From Squalus acanthias (lineage: Eukaryota), in assembly GCA_030390025.1 (NCBI GenBank), contig CM059432.1, positions 86,926,001 to 86,990,000 on the forward strand: a stretch of DNA of 64,000 nucleotides, read 5' to 3'. Both the position numbers and the translations under genes were made by a program. A model generated the notes under the pieces. That model did no database searches, was not told the origin of the DNA, and was given only the letters and a program-made list of their open reading frames with translations. Of this stretch, positions 27,001 through 39,460 are shown piece after piece (within the stretch, counting starts at the first letter, position 1; every line of letters starts with the position of its first letter).

Positions 27001-27119
27001 CAGATTTATTTAAAAAACTGAATTTAAATTCCAAAGATACCATGGTGGGATTTGAACTCCTGTCTGCAGATCAGTGGTCCAGGCCTCTGGATCACTAGTC
27101 CAGTAACAATTATGCTACC
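24088..27119 (-). mobile_element. LINE family A, near full-length decayed copy (tRNA-like head, short 5'UTR, APE-RT ORF, 3' tail) in an ELOC intron
   Basis: APE fragments (PKLEELSHRL...TTYRPPSADES) from about 26700, RT fragments 24138-25600, tail near 24090-24140, head about 27040-27119. Confidence 0.9.
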
Positions 27120-27162
27120 ACATGTCACCAATTGCTGATAGTTAAGTGACTGCACAACTTAC

Positions 27163-27306
27163 CAGGGCCACTTAACATAGCTTTAATAGTGCCAGAAGTC
27201 AATGCATGTTCTCGCTTTACAATAAATTCATGGCCATCAGAGGAGATCAACTTTACATACATAGCATCAGGGCCTTCACAGCCTCCATAGGTCCTCTCTT
27301 CTCCAT
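27163..27306 (-). CDS. ELOC: Elongin C, middle coding exon, 144 bp ((D)[47 protein letters not shown](G))
   Basis: Hand translation of the minus strand; acceptor ttgcag|AT and donor CCTG|gtaagt. Not in the ORF track because it is short. Confidence 0.97.
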
Positions 27307-28763
27307 CTGCAAGAGGTCAACAATGTTTAATTAAACATTCTACAATTAATTTAAATCAGTTCAAATCTACTCTAAACCAGCATCAAAACACATGATTCTA
27401 ATTAGTAGATACATTTAATTTACATTACAGACTGAAACATTGAATTTCAAAGTGTTTTTATCTAATTTCTACATTATGAGAGATGTCACAACAGATCGGA
27501 TATAACTGACTTGTAATTTTAAAACTTCTAACTCAGCTACAAAATACTTGAAAGACATGCACTAAAATAGTTGTCAAATGGCAATGATTAAAAAAAAAAT
27601 TTTAAAAAATCTTTCAAACGCAAAGATTAATTAGCAAGTGTTAAAGAAATATATTAGTGGAACTCGACTGTTGTGGCAGATACCCTCAAATGTCATGCAT
27701 ACAACAATTCAGTTCGAGGTATAAATTATGACAATATTTGAATTAAAGTTTACTTTTGTTGGAATGACATTTTGATAGGAACAGTATGTTTGTGCTGATT
27801 GAAGAATGCCACCTGAAAGCAAGACCTGGACAACACTTGTAGCACTACAGTGCTTCCATTCTTCCATGCATGCTTATAGGACTTCAGCATTTCAAACAAA
27901 TTGCATTTTTTTTTTTTTAAGTTGAAATTATTTATATACAGATACACTGCATCTAAACAGTATTATAGAATATCAGACAATCCAATTAGCAAGTGAAGTT
28001 AAAAATGTTTTTGGGATGAGGATGAATTCTATGTTCCAACTGATTGTATCAAGTGTTCAGTTCCCATGCACTGAAAGTTTAACCATCAAGACTTCCCAAG
28101 TCAGCAACAGCATGTTCAAGAGCACAGCTCAACACTGCCCAGTAAAGTACTTCAACCCAATCTCAGAAGAATTACTACCAAATTAACGTGAATTAGTGGG
28201 CCTGGGAGTGCTCAGTGTAACACTGGGTATCCAAAAAGCAGATACAGGGTCCATTCACTTGTACTGTAAAAAAATGTTTTTGGGATCTGGGTGGCACTGA
28301 AAAGGCAGTAATTATTACCCAGAGGGTGTTACAGCCAACCACGTAATGTGGGACCGGAGTCATATTTAGGCCAAACCAGTTGGGTTTGGTGGGTTCCCTT
28401 CTGAAAGGTGGTTTGACAATCATCAGTTTTCATAGACCCCACCCCCTACATAACCACTAGACTACTGTACCCACATCTCTTATCCCAAGCACAATAAAAA
28501 GCATTCAATAAGATTAAAAACTGCAGCATACTAAACAAAATACAAGTTATTTTCCAGAACTCTTATTGGAATGCAAGCATCAATATAACCATTTTACAGC
28601 CTATTGATCCACAAATTGAAACCGAACTAAGAGGTACCTAAACGTTAATGAAATTCTTATTTTCTTGACAAACTTTAAATATGGCATACAGCATATGCTG
28701 ATATAGGAAAAGATACACACTACACAACACATCATCCAACAAAGGTGCCAGGATAATACTTGC

Positions 28764-28822
28764 CCATTTTTCTAGAGTGACGAGCTATCAATTTTTCCAA
28801 AAGAAATTATTCAGGTAGGGTC
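28764..28822 (-). CDS. ELOC: Probable ELOC start-codon exon (59 bp, mostly 5'UTR; coding part ATG+G at 28767-28764)
   Basis: Polypyrimidine acceptor ttttgtttcctcttttag|G. The exon ends AAAAATGG|gcaagt and supplies exactly the 4 nt needed (4+144+191=339 nt = 112 aa + stop). The donor is GC, not GT. Confidence 0.7.
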
Positions 28823-29289
28823 CTAAAAGAGGAAACAAAAGAAAGTAGTGTGTTACCTGTAAATTATATTGATAAATGTGACCACCACCAGATGGGAAAC
28901 ACACATTATTGCAAGAGAAAGGTCATAATGGAATGGTACCTCTCTGAACCACTTCTCACGGTCAACAAAAATGACTCGCTGATAGCATTGGTATCTATAT
29001 AGCAGAGTATTACAAACTAGAAAGAAGCCTGCATACAATGGAATTGTCTGTGGAATTGTGACCTTTTAAGACGTTTTTTTAAAAAAAAGCTTTCCCAGTA
29101 TTCCATGCAAACCTGCCCAATAGATGCATCTCAAAAATGGAACTCATTTTTAGTCAACACATCTACAAGTGCAGCCTGAAACCTTGCTTTGTATTTCACC
29201 CCAGAGGGACAAAAACTGACAGAGCAAAAAAGATACGATTGAGTTGATGCAGGTGACTGAAGGCATAGTTCAAGGCATGGCTGAAATTT

Positions 29290-30170
29290 TCATCTATGCT
29301 TTTGTCACCTCCAAACTTGATTAATCCAATGCTCTACTAGCTGGCCTCCCATCCTCCATGAACTTCGACTCATCTAAAACTCTACTGCCTGTATCCGATG
29401 CCACACCAAGTTCCGCTTGCCCATCGCCGCCACCTGTGCTGACCAACAATGGCTCCCAGTTCCCTCAAGACCTCAAACTCTCATCCTTATGTTTAATTCC
29501 TTCTATGGATTCAACCCGTCCCATCTCTGTAACCTCTTCCAGACCCACAACTCCACACAACACCCCAGCCCCCTCCCACCCAAGCTCTTTCATCCTCTGA
29601 CTCCAGCCTCATGTATCCCTCTGCTTTCGTCGCTCCATAGGAAGCCATGCCTTCAACCAATTCTCAGGAATCGCCTTCCTAAATTGCTATGGCTCTTCAG
29701 CTCTTTAATACCCTCCTTAAAATCCACCAATCTGGCATTGCTTTTAGTCACCCCTCCGAATTGCCATTTTTTGGTTCATTGTCCATTTTCCCCTTACACT
29801 TCTGAAATGCCCGGAGGTAAATTTTAAGCAGTGTCTTAAAGGAGGAGAGAGAGAGGGTTTGGGGAGGGAATGCCAGAGCTTGGGGCCTAGACGACTGAAG
29901 GCACAGCTGTCAATAATGAGGCGAAGGAAGTGGGGGATGTACAAGAGGCTCGAGTTGTAGGAAGGCAGAGTTCGAGGGTTGTAGGGCTGGAGGAGGTTAC
30001 AGAGATAGGAAGGGGCAAGTCCATGGAGGAATTTGAACATGAGGATGAGAATTTTAAAATTGATGCGTTGGTGGTGCAGGAGCTAATGTAGGTCAGGGGT
30101 GATTGGCGAGCGGGACTTGGTGCGAGTTAGGATACAGGCAGTAGAGTTTTGGATGAGCTCAAGTTTATGG
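29290..30170. mobile_element. Two L2 3' fragments tail-to-tail (plus about 29290-29810, minus about 29815-30170)
   Basis: FKFLHGLAPSYLCNLLQPYNP...KLWHSLP on minus; homologous decayed text on plus. Confidence 0.75.
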
Positions 30171-32804
30171 GAGGTAATTTACAAGATAGTTAAAGGAATG
30201 GAAGCGGCAAATCGGTAAGATTACTTTAAATTAAATTGCGAGAGTAGGACAAAGGGACATGGGTTCAAAGTAGTCAAAGGTAAAGTTATCAGGAAGTTCT
30301 TGACAGAGAGAAATCAATACATGGAATGGACTCTAGATGCAGTAGTGGAGGTAAAAACCCTGAACTCATTTAAGAACCAATTTGCCACTGCAATGGGGAC
30401 TGTAGGGTCTTTCTGGACAGATCAGCTGAGATGGGTTGAATGGTCTCCCTCGTGTAATTATATTGAGATCTCTAATCAAACATGAGGCACCCTGAGGGAG
30501 TGCTTGAATTCTAATAGCACCAGAAGTCCAGATTCTAGTGGATTTTGGAATCAGACGTTGGATTAGCTACCTCCTGTGCTGGCCTGCTAAAGGTGTGGAG
30601 TTAGTTTTGTGCGTCCATGCACTTGCATTGTGACACAAACACAAGAAATTACTCCACAATCGATCCCCAGTCCTGGTACAGTCTAATGTTCCCATTTATA
30701 TGGTGCTACAAAATAGATTTGAAAATTATGATTTCAAAGTCCCTTTTCAACCCAAAGATGGCGTGTATTGGATTACAACGCAGAGAAAAACAAAAACAAA
30801 ATCATATGTAATCCAATACACGCCTTCTTCCATGCTGTAACCATTCTATGATTCTATAATACACTTCTACAATACTCTTTATTCACCATCTCAAGTTGTT
30901 ATCACCACTAGTCTTAACCATAATGCTGTACAGACACAACCCAATTTAGATGACAAATCTACAAATTAATTTCACTGCTGGGGAATTTCATTTCAATGGA
31001 GCAGAGTATGTTCATCTTACACACCCATCATAATGCTTTACTGAAAGCCTAACATCAATACTCTAAACAGCAAGTGCTGATCTCAAAAGGACAATTGGCT
31101 CAGTTAGTTACTAAAGCCAACAGTATGAGAGATACTACAGCTACAGTTATTAATTGATAGAGCTTCAGTCAATGACATCATTTTAGCTATAAATTTTAGA
31201 ATGAGGGGCTAACCACCCTGGTCACACTGCACTTTGGGAACTGGAATCATTCCAAATCTGTTGAAATCTGAGGTATAGGGCAAGATTTGTCAGAAAGTAG
31301 GTCGAACGGGAACAAAATGTGCATTATGCATTTGGCTACAGTATAGCTGCAAATAATTTTTGGTGCAGGACTGTGCCTCAGAATGCACTGCCACAGAATT
31401 GTGGTAAAAGTTTTTCACTAAGGCACTATAGCCAGCTGAAATTTAACCTATCGTTAATGCAACCAGGACCAGGCACAATGACCCCCCCAGAGCTGTGTCC
31501 AAGCTCGAAGACTGGCAAAGAAAAACCCGTGTCCACTGCAGGCTGGGTGTCAGCTTGGCTCAGTTGGTGGAACTCTCACCTTGAGCATAAAACCTAGGCT
31601 GTTACTTCAGTGGAGTATTGAGGGAGTGCTGGATCAGAGGCGCTGACCTTTGGTTGAGATGTCAAACTAGTGCCCTGGTCAACATTCCTCCCTCAAACAT
31701 CCAAAGTCACATCAATGCTATGTGCAAAATGGCTGTTCTATTAATCCACACAACAATAAGTGTGCATCATGTATGTGAAGCATTTTGGGACATTTGCGAT
31801 GCGATAGGTTCGATATAATTGCAACTTTGTGCATTCTTTAAATCTTTGGGAAACACTAAACTGAAAAAATTCACTGGGAACTGCTGCAGACAAGTGCCAG
31901 CTGAGATGGTGAGCCGTCTATGTGCTTTGAATGTTACTGGCGATCTGGAAGCAGTCAGCAGTTCAAAGTGACCCCCCTTTTCAGTCAGGAAGTGTCTGGA
32001 CTCCACTCTTTCCCCTTCTCTTCTCTTCTCCTCTCCTCTCCTCTCCTCCCCACCCCCCCAAACCACCCCTCAACAACTGCAGAGAACATTCAACCTACAA
32101 TTACTGAACAGTCTGTTGGGAGTCCAATATGTCACATCATCCATTAAAAGACATGCAGACAAAAACCATTACCAGTTCAGTTTACAGCACTTAAAATTGC
32201 TTTCCTCAACATGTCTTGGTTTTTAAAACAGCATCAGCAAGGTGAACTTCACTTGCCCCATTTATAATTAGTCTCAATTTGAAAAAAAATACTTGCAACA
32301 ACAAGCGACATCCTCCCTGGAGTCCAACATACATGGTTTCAACTGAGATTGCAACAGAGATAGTACACCACCTGCTATTATATTATTTTAACCTGAATAA
32401 AACCATGTTGACACTTGTCTAAAAATCCATACTTTAGTCTGTGGAGCACTGTTTATTTAAAAAATAAATTGATTTTCAAGTGGCACATGGAAAACATTTC
32501 CACATACCTTTTATTAAAAAAATTACTTCACAACCATTTGAGTAAATGGAGCACAAAAACTTAACTGCCAGAAATACATTCACAGGGACAATTGTGTACA
32601 AGAATGGTTTGTCAACACTCACTTGATGCCTAAGAAACATTTGTTTAAATTCCCAAAAACTATTTGAAATATATCCATTGGCCCCGTTTCTCAAGTCAAA
32701 ATTTCAAATTTGGTTTGAACAAGGAAATGTTGCCATTGTAAAAAAATAAAACTCCAGGCTTCACTGCTAAGATCCATTGACATTTACATAAATGTTGAAT
32801 CATA

Positions 32805-33161
32805 AAAAAGACTTGCATTAATATAGCGCCTTTCACGACCTCAGGATGTCCCAAAGCACTTTACGGAAGTACTTCTGAAGTGTAGTCACTGTTATAATGT
32901 AGGAAATGTAGCAGCCAATTTGCATACAGCAAGCTCTCACAAATAGTATTGTGATGATGACCAGGTAATCTGTTTTAGTGATGTTGGTCGAGGGATAAAT
33001 ATTGGCCAGGACACTGGGGATAACTCCGCTGCTCTTCTTCGAAATAGTGCCATGGGATTGTTTACATCCACCCGAGAGAGCAGACAGGGCCTCGGTTTTA
33101 CATCTCATCCAAAAGACAGCATCCTAGACAGTGCAGCACTCCCTCAGTACTGTGCTGGAGT
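32805..33161 (-). mobile_element. DeuSINE copy (5'-truncated)
   Basis: Reverse complement of the 6984-7431 family. Confidence 0.8.
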
Positions 33162-33829
33162 CTCTTCCTTCTTTAATCTTCTTTTCCCACCATTCTCCTC
33201 CTCTCCAAAAGGCAATAACTCCTTGCTGGTTTCTTGAGCTCCAGTCGACTTCCAATACCTCGCCATACGAGCCCAGACAGCCAGTGTCCACTGGGTATTT
33301 AACCCCTGGTGGGGAGTTTCATCACAGACAAAAACCTATCTTGTCATCTAATGTCACACTTAAATGTCACATAACAATCAGAACTCAGGATCCCGGCCAA
33401 TTTCCCCTTGCCTAACCCAGGACGGCCAAGACCCACTGCTGGAACCCCAGTTCTGAACCATTAGCTCATCAGATTAGGAACAAACTTGGGACCTTCCCGA
33501 TACGCATTTCTCTGCTACTCACTGACTTCAAGCCATTGAAGGAGGCAATCTCTCTTTTTCTGAAGAGCAATATGTGTGTTTGTCATCTTTCATTTTTGTA
33601 CTTTTGATCCTCTTCTCTGTCTGGCTTGGTACCTGCAGCTGAGACTCTTCGTGGAGACCAAGCCCCCTCTTCACACAGAGGACACCCTTCATCTTGTCGT
33701 GTGACATTACCACCATGCTAAGTGGGATAGATTAAGAACAGATTTGCAGTTCAAAACGGCTAGTCAGGATATGACGGAGTGATACTTGCAGGTGCTGGTG
33801 TTCCTATGCACTTGCTACCCTTGTCCTTA

Positions 33830-34272
33830 GTGTGTCAGCTGTGGTTCAGTGGGTAGCACTCCTGTGAGTCAGAAGGTTGTGGGTTCAGGGAACTTAAGCA
33901 CATAATCTAGGCTGACAGCCCAGTGCAGTATTGAGGGAGCACTGCACTGTCGGAGGTGCAGTCTTCCGGATGAGATGTTAAACCAAGGCCCCGTCTGCTC
34001 TCTCAGGTAGACTTAAAAGATCCCATGGCACTATTTCAAAGAATGCAGGGGAGTTATCCCTAGTGTCCTGGCCAATATTTATCCCTCAACCAACATCACA
34101 AACAGATTATCTGACCATTGTCACATTGCTGTTTGTGGGAGCTTGCTGTGTGCAAAGTGGCTGCCATGTTTCCTATATTACAACAGTGACTACACTCCAA
34201 AAAGTACTTCATTGGCTGTAAAGTACTTTGGGATAGCCAAAGGTCATGAAAGGGGCTATATAAATGCAAGTA
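33830..34272 (+). mobile_element. DeuSINE copy
   Basis: Same family; A box tggttcagtgggt. Confidence 0.8.
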
Positions 34273-35059
34273 TTTCAATTTTCATCCACCACGTGATTTA
34301 CCTATCTTAAGGGATTTATGAATTTCTCAGGTGATTAAGTGCAATATGAAATATGCAGCTACACAACAGGAAAGTTCCAGGCTCAACTCCTAGTCTGCCC
34401 AGAGTTTGCCAACCTTAGCTAGGCTGAGTGTGCTCCAATTGGGTTCAATGCCCCCGAGCTAAGGCTGGGAAAAATAAGCTACCGACCAGGGTTTTCACTT
34501 CTGATCACTGCTCACTTACCTCTGCTGGAAATGTGCATGGGCTGAAATGGCTTCCTCGCACGTTTGAATAGCCTATAAATGTCCAGGCTCACATACAAAG
34601 AACTGTCAGCTGGGAAAGGCATTAGATGCCTGCTGGCACCTGTAGATCTAAAACCCATAATCAGCAAAAAAGGGGAAAAGAGGAGGAAATGGGGTATCTT
34701 TTCCCATAAATACTCAAAAGATAAGACCACTGCGGGGCTTGCCATGGAGCATGTTCTTTTAATTTGCAGCAATGAAGTCCTTTTAATGTTGGTATTTATC
34801 TTCCCTCGCTCTTTCAGCTAAATTTTTGGGGGTAGGAGGATGTTTAGGATATTCTGATGACCGACAGATGCCCTTGGTTAAACTGACCGAGTGCGTTATC
34901 TGGACTAAACAAATCTGCACAGGGAGATCAGTGCAGCTTATTCACTGCTGAAGCAGTTTTGTTGTTATTTTCAACTTTTATTCATGGAATATTTATGCCA
35001 GACACTATTTGCAGAATTTTTTCAGGCCGTAGACATAGAGTAGTAAAGGGAAAGAACCC

Positions 35060-35640
35060 TAGTTTACAGCATAGGAGGCGGCCATTTGGCTCATCGTATC
35101 TTGTACCGACTCTGCACAAAAAAAAAATCCAGAAACTAATCCCACTGCCCTGCTCTCTCCCCATAGTTCTGCGTCTTTTGATTCAAATATTTATCCGCTC
35201 TTCCCTTAAAAGGTGCAACCTTACTACTTCGCATAGCAAAACATTCCATGTACCGACAACGCTGTGTGTAGAGAAACTTCTCTCTCCTCACTTCCTCAGT
35301 GACAATTTTAAATTAATAATCCTTTGTCACCGACTCCCCAACCAGAGGAAATAGTATTTTCCTATTCACTCAATCAAAACCACTTAAAAAAATCTCCATT
35401 AAATCTCCTTTTAGCCTTCCCTGCTTCATTGGAGATGGTCCCAGTATCTCAACTCTCTCCTCATAACTATAGCTTCTCGCCCCCGACATCATCCTGGTGA
35501 ATCTACGCTATACATGCTTTTACAGTTTGGTTTAACGTGCTATCTATAATGGGGCATCCGAAACTGTACACACTACTCTAAATGTGGCCTAACCATTGCA
35601 GTGTACAAATTTATTAGTCCTTCTACTCTTGTACTCTATG
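35060..35640 (-). mobile_element. Old CR1 3' fragment
   Basis: Diverged similarity to the other CR1 3' ends. Confidence 0.6.
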
Positions 35641-36246
35641 CTCCAATTTATGAAACCTGTAAAAGAAAAATAATTTAGATCTGCTGCATAATTATGAGCA
35701 ATGTTCAGAAGGTGGATCTGGTTTATGCTGATACCAATTCAGAATTTGCAATTCAGGCAATTTGTAGCAACAAATGGAGATCAGATTCTGCAACAAGATT
35801 ATCCTTTACCACGGTGGTTTGGTGAGAGGGGTAAGAACAGCAATCAGCATATAGAACAAATTACATTAAACATGCAACAAGCCTGGAGTTTTTACTGATG
35901 GTATGGAATTTTTAAAAGTAATTTCACAACTAATTTGTAAAAACTGATGGTCATTCAAGTGTCTAAATCGAGTAAACATTTTAAATATTTTTTCCTCGTA
36001 CCTGGAATTCTCCATGGAAAGATCAACCTAGCACAAGTGAATACAGATTGTAAATTAAATGCAAGCAAAACACCTCATTATTAGAGGTGTAAGATACTGC
36101 ACAAGACACTACATAAACTCACCAAAAAAAATTACTATCTTGGTAATCCTATCAGGCCCAGATTGCGCACCCCCATTCTTGCTGAGCTCCACTTGTCCCC
36201 GTCTTCATTTTCAAATCCCTCCAGTCATGCCCAAATTTTTAAAAAA

Positions 36247-39200
36247 ATATTCATTCACGGGATGTGGGTGTCGCTGGCAAGGCCAGCATTTATTGCTCAT
36301 CCCTAATTGCCCTCGAGAAGGTGGTGGTGAGCCGCCTTCTTGAACCGCTGCAGTCTATGTGGTGAACGCACTCCCACAGTGCTGTTAGGGAGGGAGTTCC
36401 AGGATTTTGACCCAGTGATTATGAAGGAATGGTGATATATTTCCAAGTCAGGATGGTGTGTGACTTGGAGGAGAACTTGGAGGTGGTGTTCCCATGCACC
36501 TGCTGCCCTTGTTCTTCTAGGTGGTAGAGGTTGCAGGTGCTGTCGAAGAAGCCTTGGCGAGTTGCTGCAGTGCATCTTGTAGATGGTACACACTGCAGCC
36601 ACAGTACGCCGATGGTGGAGGGACTGAATGTTTAAGGTGGTGGATGGGTGCCAATCAAGTGGGTTGCTTTGGCCTGGATGGTGTCAAGCTCCTTGAGTGT
36701 TGTTGGAGCTGCACTCATCCAGGCAAGTGGGGAGTATTCCATCACACTCCTTACTTGTGCCTTGTAGATGGCAGAAAGGCTTTGGGGAGTCAGGAGGTGA
36801 GACACTCGCTGCAGAATACCCAGCCTCTGACCTGCTCTTGTAGCCACAGTATTTATGGTCCAGTTAGGTTTCTGGTCAATGGTGACCCCCAGAATGTTGA
36901 ATGTCAAGGGGCGGTGGTTAGATTCTCTTGTTGGAGATGTCATTGCCTGGCACTTGTGTGTTACTTGCCACTTATCAGCCCAAGCCTGAACGCTGTCCAG
37001 GTATTGCTGCAGCAGGCACGGACTGCTTCATTATCTGAGAAGTTGCGAATGGAACTGGACACTGAAATCATCAGTGAACATCCCCACTTCTGACCTTATG
37101 ATGGAGGGAAGGTCACTGAAGAAACAGCTGAAGATGGTTGGGCCTTGGACACTGCCTTGAGGAACTCCTGCAGCAATATTCAGGGACTGAGATGATTGGC
37201 CTCCAACAACCACAACCATCTTCTTTTGTACTAGGCATGACTCCAGCCAGTGGAGAGGTTCCCTGATTCCCATAAACTTCAATTTTACTAGGGCTCCTTG
37301 ATGCCACACTCAGTCAAATGCTGCCTTGATGTCAAGTGCTGCCTTGATGTCAAGTGCAGTCACTCTCACCTCACCTCTGTAATTCAGCACTTTTGTTCAT
37401 GTTTGGACCAAGGTTGTAATGAGGTCTGGAGCCAAGAGTGGTCCTGCAGGAACCCAAACTGAGCATCGGTGAGCAGGTTATTGGTAAGTGCCGCTTGATA
37501 GCACTGTTGACGACACCTTCCATCACTGTGCTGATGATTGAGAGTAGACTGATGGGGTGGTAATTGGCCAGATTGGATTTGTCCATCTTTTTTGTGGACA
37601 GACATACCTGAGCAGTTTTCCATATTGTCAGGTAGATGCTAGTGTTGTAGCTGTACTGTAACAGCTTGGCTAGTTTTTATTTATTCGTTTATGGGATGTG
37701 GGCGTCACTGGCAAGGCCAGCATTTATTGCCCATCCCTAATTGCCCTCGAGAAGGTGGTGGTGAGTCGCCTTCTTGAACCATTGCAGTCCGTGTGGTGAA
37801 GGTACTCCCACAGTGCTGTTAGGGAGGGAGTTCCAGGAGTTTGACCCAGTGACGATGAAGGATCGGCGATAGACTTCTAAGACAGGATGATGTGTGACTT
37901 GGAGGGAAACTTGGAGGTGGTGGTGTCCCCATGTGCCTGCTGCCCATGTCCTTCTAGTGGAAGAGGTTGCAGGTTTGGAAGGTGCTGCCGAAGAAGCCTT
38001 GGCAAGTTGCTGCAGTGCATCTTGTATATGGTACACACTGCAGCCACGGTACGCCGGTGGTGGAGAGAGTGAATGTTTAAGGTGGTGGATGGGGTGCCAA
38101 TCAAGCGGGCTGCTTTGTCCAGGTTTGGTCCTCTCGCTTGCTGGTGATGGTAGAGCGAGGGATATACTGGGTCATTAGTTTACAGATTGGGGTGGAGTAC
38201 AATTCTGCTGCTGCTGATTGTCCACAAGGCCTCATGGATGCCCAGTTTTGAGCTGCTAGATCTGTTCTGAATCTATCCCATTTAGCACGGTAGTGCCACA
38301 AAACACAATGGAGGGTATCCTTAATGTGAAGATGGGACTTCGTTTCCACAAGGACTGTGCGGTGGTCAATCCTACCAATATTGTCATGGACAGCTGCATC
38401 TGCGACAGGTAGATTGGTGAGGACGAGGACAAGTAGGTTTTTCCCTTGTGTTGGTTCTCTCACCACCTGCCGCAGGCCCAGTCTGCAGCAATGTTCTTCA
38501 GGACTCGGCCAGCTCAGTCAGTCGTGGTACTACCGAGCCACTCTTTGTGATGAACATTGAAGTCCTCAACCCAGAGTACTTTGTGCCCTTGCTACTCTCC
38601 GTGCTTCTTCCAAGTGCTGTCCAACATGGAGAAGTACAGAGTCATCTGCTGAGGGAGGGCAGTAAGTGGTAATTAGTAGGATGTTCCCTTGTCCTTCCCT
38701 CTTATTTTATTTTCTGGTGCATGGACCCTTTTTAATTGGCTGCACGGCCCATTCAAATTTTTGCACATGCACAGTTTCTCCCGTATAAAAGATGGTGTGT
38801 GGCTTGTGCGGGACCTCCAGACTGTTGTGCAGCTTAACGGGAACATTGCTCCCAGAGCCACTCCCTCCCATCTGTGCCGCCACCTCTGGTGGGACAGGAC
38901 ATACGCAGGGACGGTGATGAGTAGTCCGGGACGTTGGCTGAAAGGTATGATTCTGTGAAAATCTCAGACTGTTGCTGACTAGTCTGTGGGACAGCTCTCC
39001 CAATTTGGCACAAGTCCTCAGATGTTAGTGAGGATGACTTTGCAGGGTCGACTGGGCTGTGCCTTTGTCGTCTCCGAATCCGGTGCCTAGGTCGATGCTG
39101 GGTGGTCCATCCAGTTTTATTCTTATTGTTTTTTGTAGCGTTTGATACAACTGAGTGGCTTGGTAGGCCATGTCAGAGGGAAGTTAAGAGTGAACCTCAT

Positions 39201-39460
39201 TGCTGTGGGTCTGGAGTCACATATAGACCAGATCGGATAAATATGGTAGATTTCCTTCCAAAAGGACATTAGCAAACCAGATGGGTTTTTATGACAATCT
39301 GGTAGTTTCATGGTCACCATGAAACCTGATACTAGCTTTTTTATTCCAGATTTATTTAATTAACTGAATTGAAATTCCTCAGGTGGGATTTGAACTTACG
39401 TTTATTAGTCCAGGCCTCTGGATTATTAGTCCAGTAACGTAACCACTATGCTACCGTTCC
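36247..39460 (-). mobile_element. LINE family A composite: full-length-ended copy with a second 3' end (about 37674-38123) and a hAT MITE piece inside
   Basis: Two 3' tails (near 36250 and 37680), RT and APE fragments in the ORF track, tRNA-like head at about 39380-39460. Confidence 0.88.

Noticed and set aside
39380..39460. Genuine tRNA gene
   Set aside because: Extra duplicated arm, no acceptor-stem closure, and it runs into retroelement sequence. It is a tRNA-derived head; the same applies to the DeuSINE heads.
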